A stretch of 64,000 nt of DNA from Candidatus Gastranaerophilales bacterium HUM_12 (GTDB taxonomy: Bacteria; Cyanobacteriota; Vampirovibrionia; Gastranaerophilales; Gastranaerophilaceae), in contig DABJ01000027.1 of the NCBI GenBank assembly GCA_002102825.1, positions 36,373 to 100,372 of the forward strand, read 5' to 3'. The notes beneath the pieces are model-generated. The model did not search any database. It had not been told where the DNA came from and was given only the letters and a program-made list of their open reading frames with translations. Below are positions 10,118 through 19,761 of this stretch, piece after piece. Each line of letters starts with the position of its first letter. Positions within the stretch are counted from its first letter, which is position 1. The position numbers and the translations under genes were made by a program.

Positions 10118-11563
10118 ATGAAAATTTTATTTGCATCAGCTGAAGTAGCACCATTTTCAAAGGCTGGTGGGTTGGCCGATGTTGTTGGCAGTTTACCTAA
10201 AGAACTTGAAAAAGATGCAGAAATTGCAATTTTTACTCCTCTTCATGGGTGTATTGATAAAGAAAAATATGGGATTAAAGAAATTGAAAATTCTGAAATG
10301 TGGCTAACTTTCGGAAATCAACCTCATAAATTTAATCTTTATATGACCAAACTTCCGGATACAAAAATCAATGTGTTTTTTATCAAAAATGATTGGTATT
10401 TTTCTTGCTTTAAAGAAGTTTATCCAAAATATTTAGATCCTCGTTATGAACACGAAAGATATATTTCATTTTCTCTTGCTGTTATGGAATACGCAAAGGC
10501 ATTGAATTTTCGAGCTGACGTAATCCATGCAAACGATTGGCATACTGCAATGCTTCCTCTTTATCTTCATTCAAATTACAAGTTTGATGAATTCTGGGCG
10601 AATACAAAATGTGTGTTTGAAATCCATAACCTTGCATATCAAGGAATTTGGTTTGAAGACGTTCTGGATTTTGCAAATATGAGAAAAGATATTGTTTATA
10701 ACCAATGGGGTTGTGAACATTATAACCGTGTAAATTGGATGAAAGGGGCAATAAATTATTCTGATAGGGTTGTTGCTGTTTCTCCAACTTATGCAAAAGA
10801 AATTTTAACACCTGAATATGGCGAAAACATGGATTATACTCTTCGGGGTGTTCAATACAAATTAAAAGGAATTTTGAATGGTATTGACTATACCGTATTT
10901 AATCCTAAAAAAGATAAAGCTTTAGTAAAAAATTATGACGTAAAATCTTTGCATAAAAAAGAAGCAAATAAAAAAGCGGTCTGTGAATATTTTGGATTGA
11001 AATATAACCCCGATAGACCGTTGATTGTTTTGATTTCAAGATTGGTAGGTCAAAAAGGTATTGATTTAATCCGCGATATGCAATATGAATTACAAAATTT
11101 GAATGCTGATTTTGTATTTATGGGTAGTGGCGATAAAAATTATGAAAATTTATTTATCTGGCTTTCTAATAATACAAACAATATAAGAACTTATGTCGGA
11201 TATGATTCAAAACTTGCTAATTTAGTTTATGCTGGTTCGGATTTCTTCTTGATGCCATCAAAATTTGAACCTTGCGGATTAAGTCAACTTATCGCAATGA
11301 GATATGGAAGTTTACCAATTGTTAGAGCAACAGGCGGTTTAGAAGATACTGTTACCGGTTATCCATTAGATAATTCAAATGGCTTTAAGTTCTGGAGTTA
11401 CAACGGTTGGGATATGCTAAATGCTATCAAATGCGCATTGTATGTTTATGGTGATAAATATGTATTCAATGCAATGAGAAAATCTGCAATGGAAGCTGAT
11501 TTTTCTTGGAAACGTAGTTCTAAAGAATATATGAATATGTACCATGAAATAACTGGTAAGTAG
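10118..11563 (+). CDS. glgA: glycogen/starch synthase GlgA (GT5)
   Basis: N-terminal KILFASAEVAPFSKAGGLADVVGSLP (KxGGL motif) and C-terminal PSKFEPCGLSQL...TGGLEDTV blocks. Confidence 0.9.
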   Translation: MKILFASAEVAPFSKAGGLADVVGSLPKELEKDAEIAIFTPLHGCIDKEKYGIKEIENSEMWLTFGNQPHKFNLYMTKLPDTKINVFFIKNDWYFSCFKEVYPKYLDPRYEHERYISFSLAVMEYAKALNFRADVIHANDWHTAMLPLYLHSNYKFDEFWANTKCVFEIHNLAYQGIWFEDVLDFANMRKDIVYNQWGCEHYNRVNWMKGAINYSDRVVAVSPTYAKEILTPEYGENMDYTLRGVQYKLKGILNGIDYTVFNPKKDKALVKNYDVKSLHKKEANKKAVCEYFGLKYNPDRPLIVLISRLVGQKGIDLIRDMQYELQNLNADFVFMGSGDKNYENLFIWLSNNTNNIRTYVGYDSKLANLVYAGSDFFLMPSKFEPCGLSQLIAMRYGSLPIVRATGGLEDTVTGYPLDNSNGFKFWSYNGWDMLNAIKCALYVYGDKYVFNAMRKSAMEADFSWKRSSKEYMNMYHEITGK

Positions 11564-11647
11564 GTTCTTTTTAATTTCTTTTCCTACTTGCGAAAAAATC
11601 ATTTGTATTATATTATTAGAATATACTTAAAAAAGTGAGGTTTATTG

Positions 11648-11887
11648 ATGGAACAGATTATTAAAGTAGCATGGGATTTGAATGAAAATACCGATAACAG
11701 ATATAAATTAGTTTATGAGATTGCTGAACTTGCTAAAAAAATTGTAGATGAAAATCAAGCAAGAAAAGCTCGTGAAGATTTCGGTTTTGATGAATCTCAT
11801 GAAACTAGTTATTCTAAAGAAAACCCTGTTGAGCATGCTTTGATGGTTAAAGCATCTGAAGCTGATGACAACAGATTAGTTGGGTAA
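11648..11887 (+). CDS. possible RNA polymerase omega subunit (cyanobacterial-type RpoZ-like)
   Basis: About 79 aa. The NRYKLVYEIAELAKK...EDFGFDE...ENPVEHALMV layout resembles the omega NRY...AKRAK...EDF...P..RAL pattern. GTGAGG RBS lies upstream of the ATG at 11648. Recollection-based, so needs an HMM check. Confidence 0.45.
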   Translation: MEQIIKVAWDLNENTDNRYKLVYEIAELAKKIVDENQARKAREDFGFDESHETSYSKENPVEHALMVKASEADDNRLVG

Positions 11888-11961
11888 TAAAGTTTAAGGA
11901 ATGCACAAAGACTTTAAGGTTTTTGTGCATTTTTATGAGTAATAATTATTTGGGGTATATT

Positions 11962-12765
11962 ATGATAGAAGAGACTTTGGATTACATTAATGAGTACACA
12001 GACAATTTTGAGCCTGAAATAGGTATTGTTTTGGGTTCCGGACTTGGTGATTTAGCAGATAAGTATTGTGATATTGCTATTCCATATTCAAATATTCCTC
12101 ACTTTGCAAAATCTACTGTTCAAGGTCATAAAGGTCAGTTAGTATTTGCAGATATCAATGGCAGAAAAGTTGTTATGATGCAAGGCAGAAATCATTTTTA
12201 TGAAGGTCATTCAATGAGTGATGTTACTTATCCGATAAAAGTGATGAAAAAATTAGGGGTTAAAACTCTTATTCTTACAAATGCTGCCGGAGCTGTTAAT
12301 AAAAGTTTCAGACCTGCTGATTTGATGGTTATAACCGACCATATCAATTTTATGGGTACAAATCCATTGATTGGTCGAAATGATGAGAATTTTGGGGTAA
12401 GATTTCCTGATATGTCCGAAGTTTATAGTAAAAACTTGATTAAAATAGTTGATGCTGCCGGTAGATTATTAAAATTAGACTTAAAACATGGTGTTTATAT
12501 GGCAACAACAGGACCAAGTTATGAAACCCCTGCCGAAATCAAAATGGCAAGATTTATGGGTGCTGATGCTATCGGTATGTCTACTGTTCCGGAGGCAATT
12601 GTTGCTAATTATTGTGGTATTGAAGTAATCGGTATTAGTTGTATTTCAAATTATGCAACCGGTGTTTCTACAAAGAAATTGAGTCATGAAGAAGTAATTG
12701 AAACAACAGACAAAGTAAAAGCAAAATTTAAGGAATTAGTATTATTATTGTTAAAAAATATCTAG
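11962..12765 (+). CDS. punA: purine nucleoside phosphorylase (PunA-type, PNP family 2)
   Basis: GIVLGSGLG, TNAAGA, GPSYETPAE and MSTVPE motifs. The start was moved to the ATG at 11962 because the ORF-track start overlaps the upstream terminator hairpin. Confidence 0.85.
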   Translation: MIEETLDYINEYTDNFEPEIGIVLGSGLGDLADKYCDIAIPYSNIPHFAKSTVQGHKGQLVFADINGRKVVMMQGRNHFYEGHSMSDVTYPIKVMKKLGVKTLILTNAAGAVNKSFRPADLMVITDHINFMGTNPLIGRNDENFGVRFPDMSEVYSKNLIKIVDAAGRLLKLDLKHGVYMATTGPSYETPAEIKMARFMGADAIGMSTVPEAIVANYCGIEVIGISCISNYATGVSTKKLSHEEVIETTDKVKAKFKELVLLLLKNI

Positions 12766-12790
12766 TATTTTCGTTTAAATAAAGGAATAT

Positions 12791-13108
12791 ATGAACAAAA
12801 AACAACTCTTTGGGAAGCGATTCAAAGCGATTAGAAAAAAGTTTGGCTATACACAAGATAAGATGGCGGAAATTGCGGGAATAGAACCTCAATCAATAAG
12901 TAAAATTGAATCTGGTAAAAATTTTCCGTTACTATCAAATCTTGATAAAATTGCTATTAAATTGGGTATTGAATTGGAAGACTTTTTTTATTACGATCAT
13001 AAAGTTTGTGAAGATGATTTAAAGGCTGATTTGATAAGGGTTTTTGATTCTTTAGACCAAACAGATAAAGAAAAACTTTTAAGAATTGCAAAGATTTTTC
13101 GAGTTTAA
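12791..13108 (+). CDS. XRE-family helix-turn-helix transcriptional regulator
   Basis: YTQDKMAEIAGIEPQSISKIESGKNFP is a canonical Cro/C1-type HTH. Confidence 0.8.
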   Translation: MNKKQLFGKRFKAIRKKFGYTQDKMAEIAGIEPQSISKIESGKNFPLLSNLDKIAIKLGIELEDFFYYDHKVCEDDLKADLIRVFDSLDQTDKEKLLRIAKIFRV

Positions 13109-13142
13109 AGCAATCTAAATTTTCACGGATTTTATTTGTGGT

Positions 13143-14159
13143 ATGCAAGTCCAAGGATTTTCAACATATTCAAATTATAATTCTCAAATGCAAGCAAGGA
13201 CACCTGTGTTTAGAGGTTACACTTCTCGCTTTGGTAAAACTTTGCATAGTGCAATTGATAGAGGCTATCCGACCGAAGTTGAAAAGAAAAGTCTTTTGGG
13301 AGAAATTCAAAAGTTTATCAGAGAAAAATTATCTCCGGATAGATTGCTTGGAGAAGGTGCACATGGTTCGGTTTATAAAATAGATGACGATTTCTGTATG
13401 AAATTCGATATTGGAACAAAACCCAGAGCCAAAAAGATGGGCGAGCTTCCCGAAAATGGCTTTAAAGGGTTAAAAACATATTATGGTAGCAAGGTTGCAG
13501 ATTTTGATGATGTTGCTATTTTGAAAAATGTTTCACCAGATGGGGAGCATATTCCTGTTGGGGTTCCTCAAAAATTTGCTATAAATAATTCTTCAGATGA
13601 AAATTTTGTATATTATCAATGTATTGCCCTTCCAAGATTGAGTGATCTCCCTCAGAAAAGTTTCGATGCTGTGGCTGAAGATTGTCAACGTCTAAATGAA
13701 CTCGGGGCAAAAAATAAAACTCATTACACTTTTGATTATATAAATCCTAATAATTTTGTAATTGTTAATGACAAAATTAGGATTATTGATGATATAAATG
13801 TTTTAAAATCATCAGAAGATAATAGTGTTGCGAATTTGTTTAATGTTTTTCTGGAGAAGTCTTTCCTAAATACACCTGTTCAGTATTCACTGTATAGTGA
13901 AACAACAAGGAAAAAGTTGTTCAAAAAGATTGTCCTTGCAGGTATGAAAGCGGGTTTGCCAATGCGCAGTAAACATTCTACCGAGAATCTTTCCAGTTGG
14001 AAAAATGTTGTGAATGAACTTTGCGGAATGGATAATCCTTATGGTGAAGTATTGCATAATCTTGAAAAAATTTCTCAAAATCCAAATAAAGAACAACGAC
14101 TAAAACTTGCAAATGATTATCTTGATTCTTTATTTGAATATGATAAATTTCAGGATTAA
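13143..14159 (+). CDS. protein-kinase-like (PKL) fold protein with PVFRG N-terminal tag
   Basis: Gly-rich loop LGEGAHGSVYKI, beta3 Lys in FCMKF, catalytic-loop-like FDYINPNNFVI (D..N), and DFG-like IRIIDDI. Confidence 0.5.
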   Translation: MQVQGFSTYSNYNSQMQARTPVFRGYTSRFGKTLHSAIDRGYPTEVEKKSLLGEIQKFIREKLSPDRLLGEGAHGSVYKIDDDFCMKFDIGTKPRAKKMGELPENGFKGLKTYYGSKVADFDDVAILKNVSPDGEHIPVGVPQKFAINNSSDENFVYYQCIALPRLSDLPQKSFDAVAEDCQRLNELGAKNKTHYTFDYINPNNFVIVNDKIRIIDDINVLKSSEDNSVANLFNVFLEKSFLNTPVQYSLYSETTRKKLFKKIVLAGMKAGLPMRSKHSTENLSSWKNVVNELCGMDNPYGEVLHNLEKISQNPNKEQRLKLANDYLDSLFEYDKFQD

Positions 14160-14614
14160 TTCTTTTTGTTCAAATTATCAATTTCAGCATTCAAAGTTTT
14201 GATTTGAACTTCAAGTTTTGTTCTTTCATCAATTACCGTATTGAAAGCCTTTTCCAGTGTTTTAATTTTTGCTTCTAAAACTTCAACTTTTGAGGCATTG
14301 TTTGTACCGGAAATTGATGTCTTTTCTAATTCTCTTTCATAGGCTTTAACTTTGATTTTTGTAGCTTCCAAGAACATATAAACAGTTCCTGCGCCAACAA
14401 AAATTCCGGATATAAGGGTTAATACAAGAAATGTTGAAATTCTAACGGCTTTTGCAATATAAACCCCTTGGATAATCCAGCCGTTTTGAATTTGTACATC
14501 TGTCAAATTTCTGTTTAGAAAATTGATACTTGAATAGTTCTCAAAATTTATTATTGCTAAATATATAAAACAAAGTAAAATTATTACACTTAAAATTAAG
14601 AATACTTTTTTCAT
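14156..14614 (-). CDS. membrane protein with two TM segments and C-terminal coiled coil (LapA/DUF1049-like)
   Basis: Hydrophobic segments VFLILSVIILLCFIYLAII and TFLVLTLISGIFVGAGTVYMF, followed by a heptad-rich tail. Confidence 0.5.
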   Translation of the reverse strand: MKKVFLILSVIILLCFIYLAIINFENYSSINFLNRNLTDVQIQNGWIIQGVYIAKAVRISTFLVLTLISGIFVGAGTVYMFLEATKIKVKAYERELEKTSISGTNNASKVEVLEAKIKTLEKAFNTVIDERTKLEVQIKTLNAEIDNLNKKN

Positions 14615-14616
14615 TA

Positions 14617-15534
14617 TTAAACTCTCCTGTTTCTAAAATAATTTAGAACTTTTTCTAATTTTTCGTCCGGTTTCAGTTCAAGTTCAATTATCTGTGCTGA
14701 AAACGGTTTTGCAAATTTTAGATAGAATGATTGCAAAACTTGTTCTTGAGTTTTGACTTTTCCTTGTCCTGCACCATATAATGTGTCATTATACACAGGG
14801 TGACGTTTATTGCTTGTATGAACTCTGATTTGATGAGTTCTTCCGGTGACAAGAGTTAGTTCTACGTAAGTTGCTTCGTTGCCAAATCGTTCAATTACTT
14901 TTAACTTTGTAACACTCGGTCTCCCGTCCGGTCTTACTGCCATTTTTTTAGGATTAAGATTGTTTCTGCCTATTGGGTCTGTAATTACGTCATTATCTCG
15001 TGGATAATTCCCAACCAAAATGGCATGATATTTTTTTGTAAGATTATGTTCTTTAATGATATTTGCAAGATATTCGTGAGTTTTGTTGTTTTTTGCAATC
15101 ATCAAAAGTCCGGAAGTGTTTCTATCCAGTCGGTGAACAATTCCTCTTCTGAATTCTCCGTTAACATCAGACAAATTTTGACCGTATTTATATAACAATG
15201 CATTTACTAATGTTCCTGAAGTTTCAATAAATGTTGGGTGAGAGAGCATTCCTGACGGCTTGTTTATTACAGCCATATTCTCATCTTCCCAGATAACTTC
15301 TAATGGAATATTTTCCGGTTCAACTTTCAGAATACTTTCCTCTACAAGGTTTTCAAACTCAATTTTATCCCCATCTTTTAAGGTGTAAGATGGTTTTTTC
15401 TCTGTCCCGTTAACAAGAACTTTTCCTTTTTTAATTGCTGTTTGAATTTTTGAACGAGAAATGCCCTCATATAATTCTGATAAATATGAATCCAGTCTTA
15501 AATCTTCGGAGTTTTCATCAATTGTTAAAATCAT
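14617..15534 (-). CDS. rluD: 23S rRNA pseudouridine synthase, RluA/RluD family
   Basis: N-terminal S4-like domain, catalytic HRLDRNTSGLL motif and GRTHQIRVH block. Confidence 0.9.
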   Translation of the reverse strand: MILTIDENSEDLRLDSYLSELYEGISRSKIQTAIKKGKVLVNGTEKKPSYTLKDGDKIEFENLVEESILKVEPENIPLEVIWEDENMAVINKPSGMLSHPTFIETSGTLVNALLYKYGQNLSDVNGEFRRGIVHRLDRNTSGLLMIAKNNKTHEYLANIIKEHNLTKKYHAILVGNYPRDNDVITDPIGRNNLNPKKMAVRPDGRPSVTKLKVIERFGNEATYVELTLVTGRTHQIRVHTSNKRHPVYNDTLYGAGQGKVKTQEQVLQSFYLKFAKPFSAQIIELELKPDEKLEKVLNYFRNRRV

Positions 15535-15535
15535 A

Positions 15536-16000
15536 TTATCTTCCCTTGTAGCAAAGTAAAATTACGACAAGTGCAATAACTCCAATAGTTATGAAAATAT
15601 CTGCAACATTGAAAATAGGGAAGTTTACAAAATTCAATTGGATATAATCTCTTACATAACCTAAAATAATTCTTTCGTGGCAATTACTTGCAATTCCTGA
15701 GCATAACAAAGCAATGAATGATATTGAAATGAAATGAATGTTTTTAATATGATTATGAACATACATAAATAGCATTGTAATTGCAACGATTGACACGATT
15801 ATTAGGAATTCTCTTGCGTTTTGTAATAGGCTGAATGCTGCTCCAGCATTTTTTAAATAATGCAATTGGAAAACTGCATTAGAATAATGGTGACCTGATG
15901 TTAAGTTATCAACAATTAGCTTTGAAGAAAACAAAGCTAGGAATAACCAAAAAATAAAACAGCCTATAAAAAATATGTATTTCCCGATTGAATTTTTCAT
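15536..16000 (-). CDS. lspA: lipoprotein signal peptidase II
   Basis: 154 aa, four TM segments, NAGAAFS and FNVADIFITIG motifs. Confidence 0.85.
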   Translation of the reverse strand: MKNSIGKYIFFIGCFIFWLFLALFSSKLIVDNLTSGHHYSNAVFQLHYLKNAGAAFSLLQNAREFLIIVSIVAITMLFMYVHNHIKNIHFISISFIALLCSGIASNCHERIILGYVRDYIQLNFVNFPIFNVADIFITIGVIALVVILLCYKGR

Positions 16001-16001
16001 A

Positions 16002-16901
16002 TTAATCCTCTATTTTAATCAAGTTGTTTTTAGGTACAACGTTAACCCTTTTCATTACGCAAGCTAGTCCTGACATATAAACTTGAAAATGTCCATCATT
16101 CACATTTCTTGCTTTTGAGATTGCTAAAGATGCTATTGCATACTCATTTACATTATCAGTATTAGCTTTTATAAGTCTTTCAAGAACTTGTGTTTGTGGT
16201 AAAGCTCTTAATTCCGTTTTTGGAGTTGAAGCAGGATATGACACAGGGTCATGGTCAATTGAACCGACAATGAATGTATTATCATTATTTTCACCATCAA
16301 CTTTCACTGTCGTTGTATAAGTTTCTCCGGAGCTAACTTGAGCCGGTGCCTGAATTTCAATATTCATAAATCTTGCATCTCCGTAAAGGAGAGATGATTC
16401 GTCTGTTAATGATGTTTCTCCTGAAATTAGCCATCTGTCATTAACTTTTACCAAATGATAAATACCTGTTGATGTTGAATGAATTTCTCCGGATACGGGC
16501 ATTAAATCCATCGTGTCATGGATTGTTCCACTTGCGGTTTCAATTACTTGTACACTTGCGTTGTCTCCATTTACACTTATTGATTCTATTTTTGTAGAAT
16601 AAGTTAAGTCTTCGCAAGCTTTCCAGGTTTCTTCAATGCTTTTGAAATAGGCATCTTTATTAAACCCGTCATTGTTAATATAATTATCTGCATACAAGTT
16701 TTTTAATTGTGTTAAACCATGTTTGTTTGCAAAAGTGTTATGAACTTCAAACAAGCTTTTAATTTGTTTAATAGCTTGTTTATTTTCTTTATTCTGTTCA
16801 ATTCTGTAACTTCTATTTGAAATTAGAGATGCTTCTGCTTGAGAATTTACTGCAGGTATGATTAAAGCTGTTAATAATAATGTTAATACTATCTTTTTCA
16901 T
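16002..16901 (-). CDS. secreted hypothetical protein
   Basis: Sec signal peptide MKKIVLTLLLTALIIPAVNSQAEA; no family recognised. Tightly packed with lspA (1-nt gap). Confidence 0.6.
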   Translation of the reverse strand: MKKIVLTLLLTALIIPAVNSQAEASLISNRSYRIEQNKENKQAIKQIKSLFEVHNTFANKHGLTQLKNLYADNYINNDGFNKDAYFKSIEETWKACEDLTYSTKIESISVNGDNASVQVIETASGTIHDTMDLMPVSGEIHSTSTGIYHLVKVNDRWLISGETSLTDESSLLYGDARFMNIEIQAPAQVSSGETYTTTVKVDGENNDNTFIVGSIDHDPVSYPASTPKTELRALPQTQVLERLIKANTDNVNEYAIASLAISKARNVNDGHFQVYMSGLACVMKRVNVVPKNNLIKIED

Positions 16902-17051
16902 ACATTACAGTATAGTTGAAAAATCTGGAAAATTTAATAGTATAAATAATGGAGATTAAAAACACATTAACATTTCTTAAAATAGTGTAATTATTACTCT
17001 AGAAATGGGTATATAAAGAGTATTAAGATTAGCCGGAGGATATTTAAGATT

Positions 17052-17237
17052 ATGGATATAGCATTAAAACAAAATAGTATTTCATTAAATTTAATGGATA
17101 ATAAGATAAAATCAGTGATTGAGGCATTGAAATTTTCAAAGATTGAAAAAGTTTTATCTGATGCATTGGAAGATATGCCTAATACTAATCCTGTTAATTA
17201 TATTGGAGATTTGAACAGGGCTGATATTATGCACTGA
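17052..17237 (+). CDS. small hypothetical protein (61 aa)
   Basis: ORF only; GGAGGA lies upstream but at a long spacing. Confidence 0.3.
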   Translation: MDIALKQNSISLNLMDNKIKSVIEALKFSKIEKVLSDALEDMPNTNPVNYIGDLNRADIMH

Positions 17238-17323
17238 TTTTAGTGTTAAGTATTTTTATTTAAAGAGTTCTATTAATTGATTTTTCATGCTATCATTATA
17301 CTGTTATAGAAAAGGAAAAAGAC

Positions 17324-18328
17324 ATGAGTTTAACAGTATATTTAGGGATAGATGTTGGTTCTGTTACAACTAAATTAGCTTTAGTTGATGAGACAGGTAA
17401 GTATGTTGACAGTGTTATGTTGAAAACGGCAGGAAAGCCTGTCGTTGCTGTCCAAACAGGTTTAAACAGATTATATGAAAAACGATTAACGGAATATGAT
17501 GTTATGGGTGTTGGTACAACGGGTTCCGGACGTGCTTTAGCAGGTTCACTTGTTGGCGCCGATATTGTAAAAAACGAAATTACGGCTCACGCAGTTGCCG
17601 CAAGTACCAATGTTCCAGGGGTTCAGACTATTTTGGAAATCGGAGGGCAAGATAGTAAAATTATTATTTTGCGAGATGGTATTGTAACAGATTTTGCTAT
17701 GAATACCGTTTGTGCAGCCGGTACAGGTAGTTTCCTAGACCACCAAGCACAAAGATTGAATGTTCCGATTGAAGAATTTGGTGAAACAGCTCTTCGCTCA
17801 ACTAATCCTGCTAGAATTGCAGGTCGTTGTGGTGTATTCGCGGAAAGTGACTTGATTCACAAACAACAATTAGGTTATCCTGTTGAAGACTTGTTATATG
17901 GACTTTGCCAAGCTTTAGTTCGTAACTATTTGAGTAACCTTGCTTTGGGCAAAGAACTTTTACCAACTGTTTCATTCCAAGGTGGTGTTGCAACAAATAC
18001 AGGCATGGTTAAGGCTTTTGAAGAAGCTTTGAATACAAAAATTGTTGTCCCTGAAAATCACCAAACAATGGGGGCAATTGGTGCTGCGTTGCTTGCTATG
18101 GAAAATCACCAATACACGGAAACCCCAACTAAGTTCAAAGGTTGGAATGTCGCAGATATGCACTTTACATCAATTACTTGCGGTTGTACCGGTTGCTCAA
18201 ACAATTGTGAAGTTATTACAATCGTTGAGGGAGTAAATGAAGTTCAACACGTTGAGAAAATTAAAGATGTTAAAGGCAATATCATTGCAAGATGGGGCGG
18301 TACTTGTGGTCGTTGGGATATAAGCTAG
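17324..18328 (+). CDS. BadF/BadG/BcrA/BcrD-type ATPase (2-hydroxyacyl-CoA dehydratase activator-like) with C-terminal Cys cluster
   Basis: GIDVGSVTTK phosphate-1, EIGGQDSK, cluster-ligand-like VCAAGTGSFLD and RCGVFAESD, and C-terminal CGCTGCSNNCE...GGTCGRW. Confidence 0.8.
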   Translation: MSLTVYLGIDVGSVTTKLALVDETGKYVDSVMLKTAGKPVVAVQTGLNRLYEKRLTEYDVMGVGTTGSGRALAGSLVGADIVKNEITAHAVAASTNVPGVQTILEIGGQDSKIIILRDGIVTDFAMNTVCAAGTGSFLDHQAQRLNVPIEEFGETALRSTNPARIAGRCGVFAESDLIHKQQLGYPVEDLLYGLCQALVRNYLSNLALGKELLPTVSFQGGVATNTGMVKAFEEALNTKIVVPENHQTMGAIGAALLAMENHQYTETPTKFKGWNVADMHFTSITCGCTGCSNNCEVITIVEGVNEVQHVEKIKDVKGNIIARWGGTCGRWDIS

Positions 18329-18342
18329 GATAAAAAATATAT

Positions 18343-19020
18343 ATGCAGAATTTTGGGCAAAATCCTCAAAAAAATTTATCAAGGACATCAATTCTTACAG
18401 AATTGTCCAACGGTAACGTTGAACTTGGAGAGGCTTTTGCCCTTATTCTTAGTGATATGGTTGTACAAAGTGGTATTACAAATCCTGAGTCTGAGCCTTT
18501 TGATGTCGTTCCTGATTCTTGGAGGAAGCTTGCTGCTAAGCCAGAAAAAACTCCTGATGATATTAAAAAATTAGATTTGTCTTTTAAAGAAGAAATTCAA
18601 TCGCTTGCAGAATCTTATCTTTTATTTATGGCTCGAGAAACAAGAAATCTTACCGGAAAACTTGATTATGCACAGTATGAAATGTATATGCTCAAATATC
18701 GATTTGGAAGATATGATATAATGAATAAGCCAGAGTATTTATCAAAGGTTAAAGTTCAGATAAAAAATGCTTTTAAAAAAATTTCTGCTCATGGCGAACA
18801 GCAAGGGGATAATTTGATTGATAAGCACGATATGGCTGCTTTTATTTATGCTCTTTCTACAAAATCAAAGAGGGATTCAAATAAAAATTTTATTGGATTT
18901 GAAATTAATGGAATTATTACACCGGAAGAGTATGCTGTTAATGAGAATAACTTGTTTGAAGCGGAAGATAATTTATTTTCCGTGAAGTTACGAGTTGCAT
19001 ACAAAATGTTGAATAGCTAG
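18343..19020 (+). CDS. hypothetical protein (starts MQNFGQ)
   Basis: 225-aa ORF 14 nt after the activase stop; no family recognised. Confidence 0.5.
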   Translation: MQNFGQNPQKNLSRTSILTELSNGNVELGEAFALILSDMVVQSGITNPESEPFDVVPDSWRKLAAKPEKTPDDIKKLDLSFKEEIQSLAESYLLFMARETRNLTGKLDYAQYEMYMLKYRFGRYDIMNKPEYLSKVKVQIKNAFKKISAHGEQQGDNLIDKHDMAAFIYALSTKSKRDSNKNFIGFEINGIITPEEYAVNENNLFEAEDNLFSVKLRVAYKMLNS

Positions 19021-19038
19021 TTAGGGGATTAAATTTCT

Positions 19039-19719
19039 ATGAAAAATATTTTAGTTTCTTTGATGTTAATAGGTTTAATTGGCTTTAATGCGAAAGTTAA
19101 TGCGATAGAAAATATTTATAGTCTTGATGATGTTGCACCTGTTCAAAACGAAGAAGTTCAAGTAACAAATGTTAATGCGCCATTAGAGGCTACAGTTTCT
19201 TTTGACTGGTTAGATATTGATTTAGCACAAAGAGAAAATCAAATTCAACATTACAAAGATTTGTTATTTGCAAATAATTCCAGTCATATCTATTTTACAA
19301 AAGATGAATTCAAAAAAGAATTTGCAAAATATTATAAAGACAAAGATTTTAAACTTCACTATATGTTAACAAATAACGGAGTTACAGAAGATGAAGATGC
19401 AAAATATTGCGCATTTTTCTATAAGAAAAAAACACTAGTCTTGTATGCGATTCAATACAAAAATACTCCGAATAAAGCTTTTTATTACACCGCATTTGGT
19501 GGTTTGAGATATACAGATTTGATGTCTGATGAATATCCGAATTTCCCATACACATCAATGCAATATGATCAAAAAGGACAATTAAAGAGTGCAATTTATT
19601 TTGCATCAAAAGATTTGCAATACATGTTTGGGCCAGATAAAGAATTTCAGGGGATTTGGTACAAAGATAAAATGTATGACAAAAATGGCAAACAAGTTTT
19701 AACTCGTACCAATTGGTAG
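19039..19719 (+). CDS. secreted hypothetical protein
   Basis: Signal peptide MKNILVSLMLIGLIGFNAKVNA; aromatic-rich C-terminal region. Confidence 0.55.
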   Translation: MKNILVSLMLIGLIGFNAKVNAIENIYSLDDVAPVQNEEVQVTNVNAPLEATVSFDWLDIDLAQRENQIQHYKDLLFANNSSHIYFTKDEFKKEFAKYYKDKDFKLHYMLTNNGVTEDEDAKYCAFFYKKKTLVLYAIQYKNTPNKAFYYTAFGGLRYTDLMSDEYPNFPYTSMQYDQKGQLKSAIYFASKDLQYMFGPDKEFQGIWYKDKMYDKNGKQVLTRTNW

Positions 19720-19731
19720 TTCCTAATAAAA

Positions 19732-19753
19732 AGGTCGAAAATATTTTCGACCT
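19732..19753. terminator. bidirectional intrinsic terminator hairpin between convergent genes
   Basis: AGGTCGAAA-ATAT-TTTCGACCT perfect 9-bp stem flanked by A-run and T-run. Confidence 0.7.
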
Positions 19754-19761
19754 TTAGAAAA

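Noticed and set aside
13138-13383. 81-aa ORF overlapping the start of the kinase-like gene in another frame
   Set aside because: It overlaps the longer motif-bearing frame completely, and no independent evidence supports it.
12791-14159. HipB-HipA type toxin-antitoxin pair
   Set aside because: The kinase-like protein shows Hanks/APH-like motifs (GxGxxG, D..N, IIDD) rather than the HipA fold pattern. It is about 100 aa shorter than HipA, and the two genes are separated rather than overlapping.
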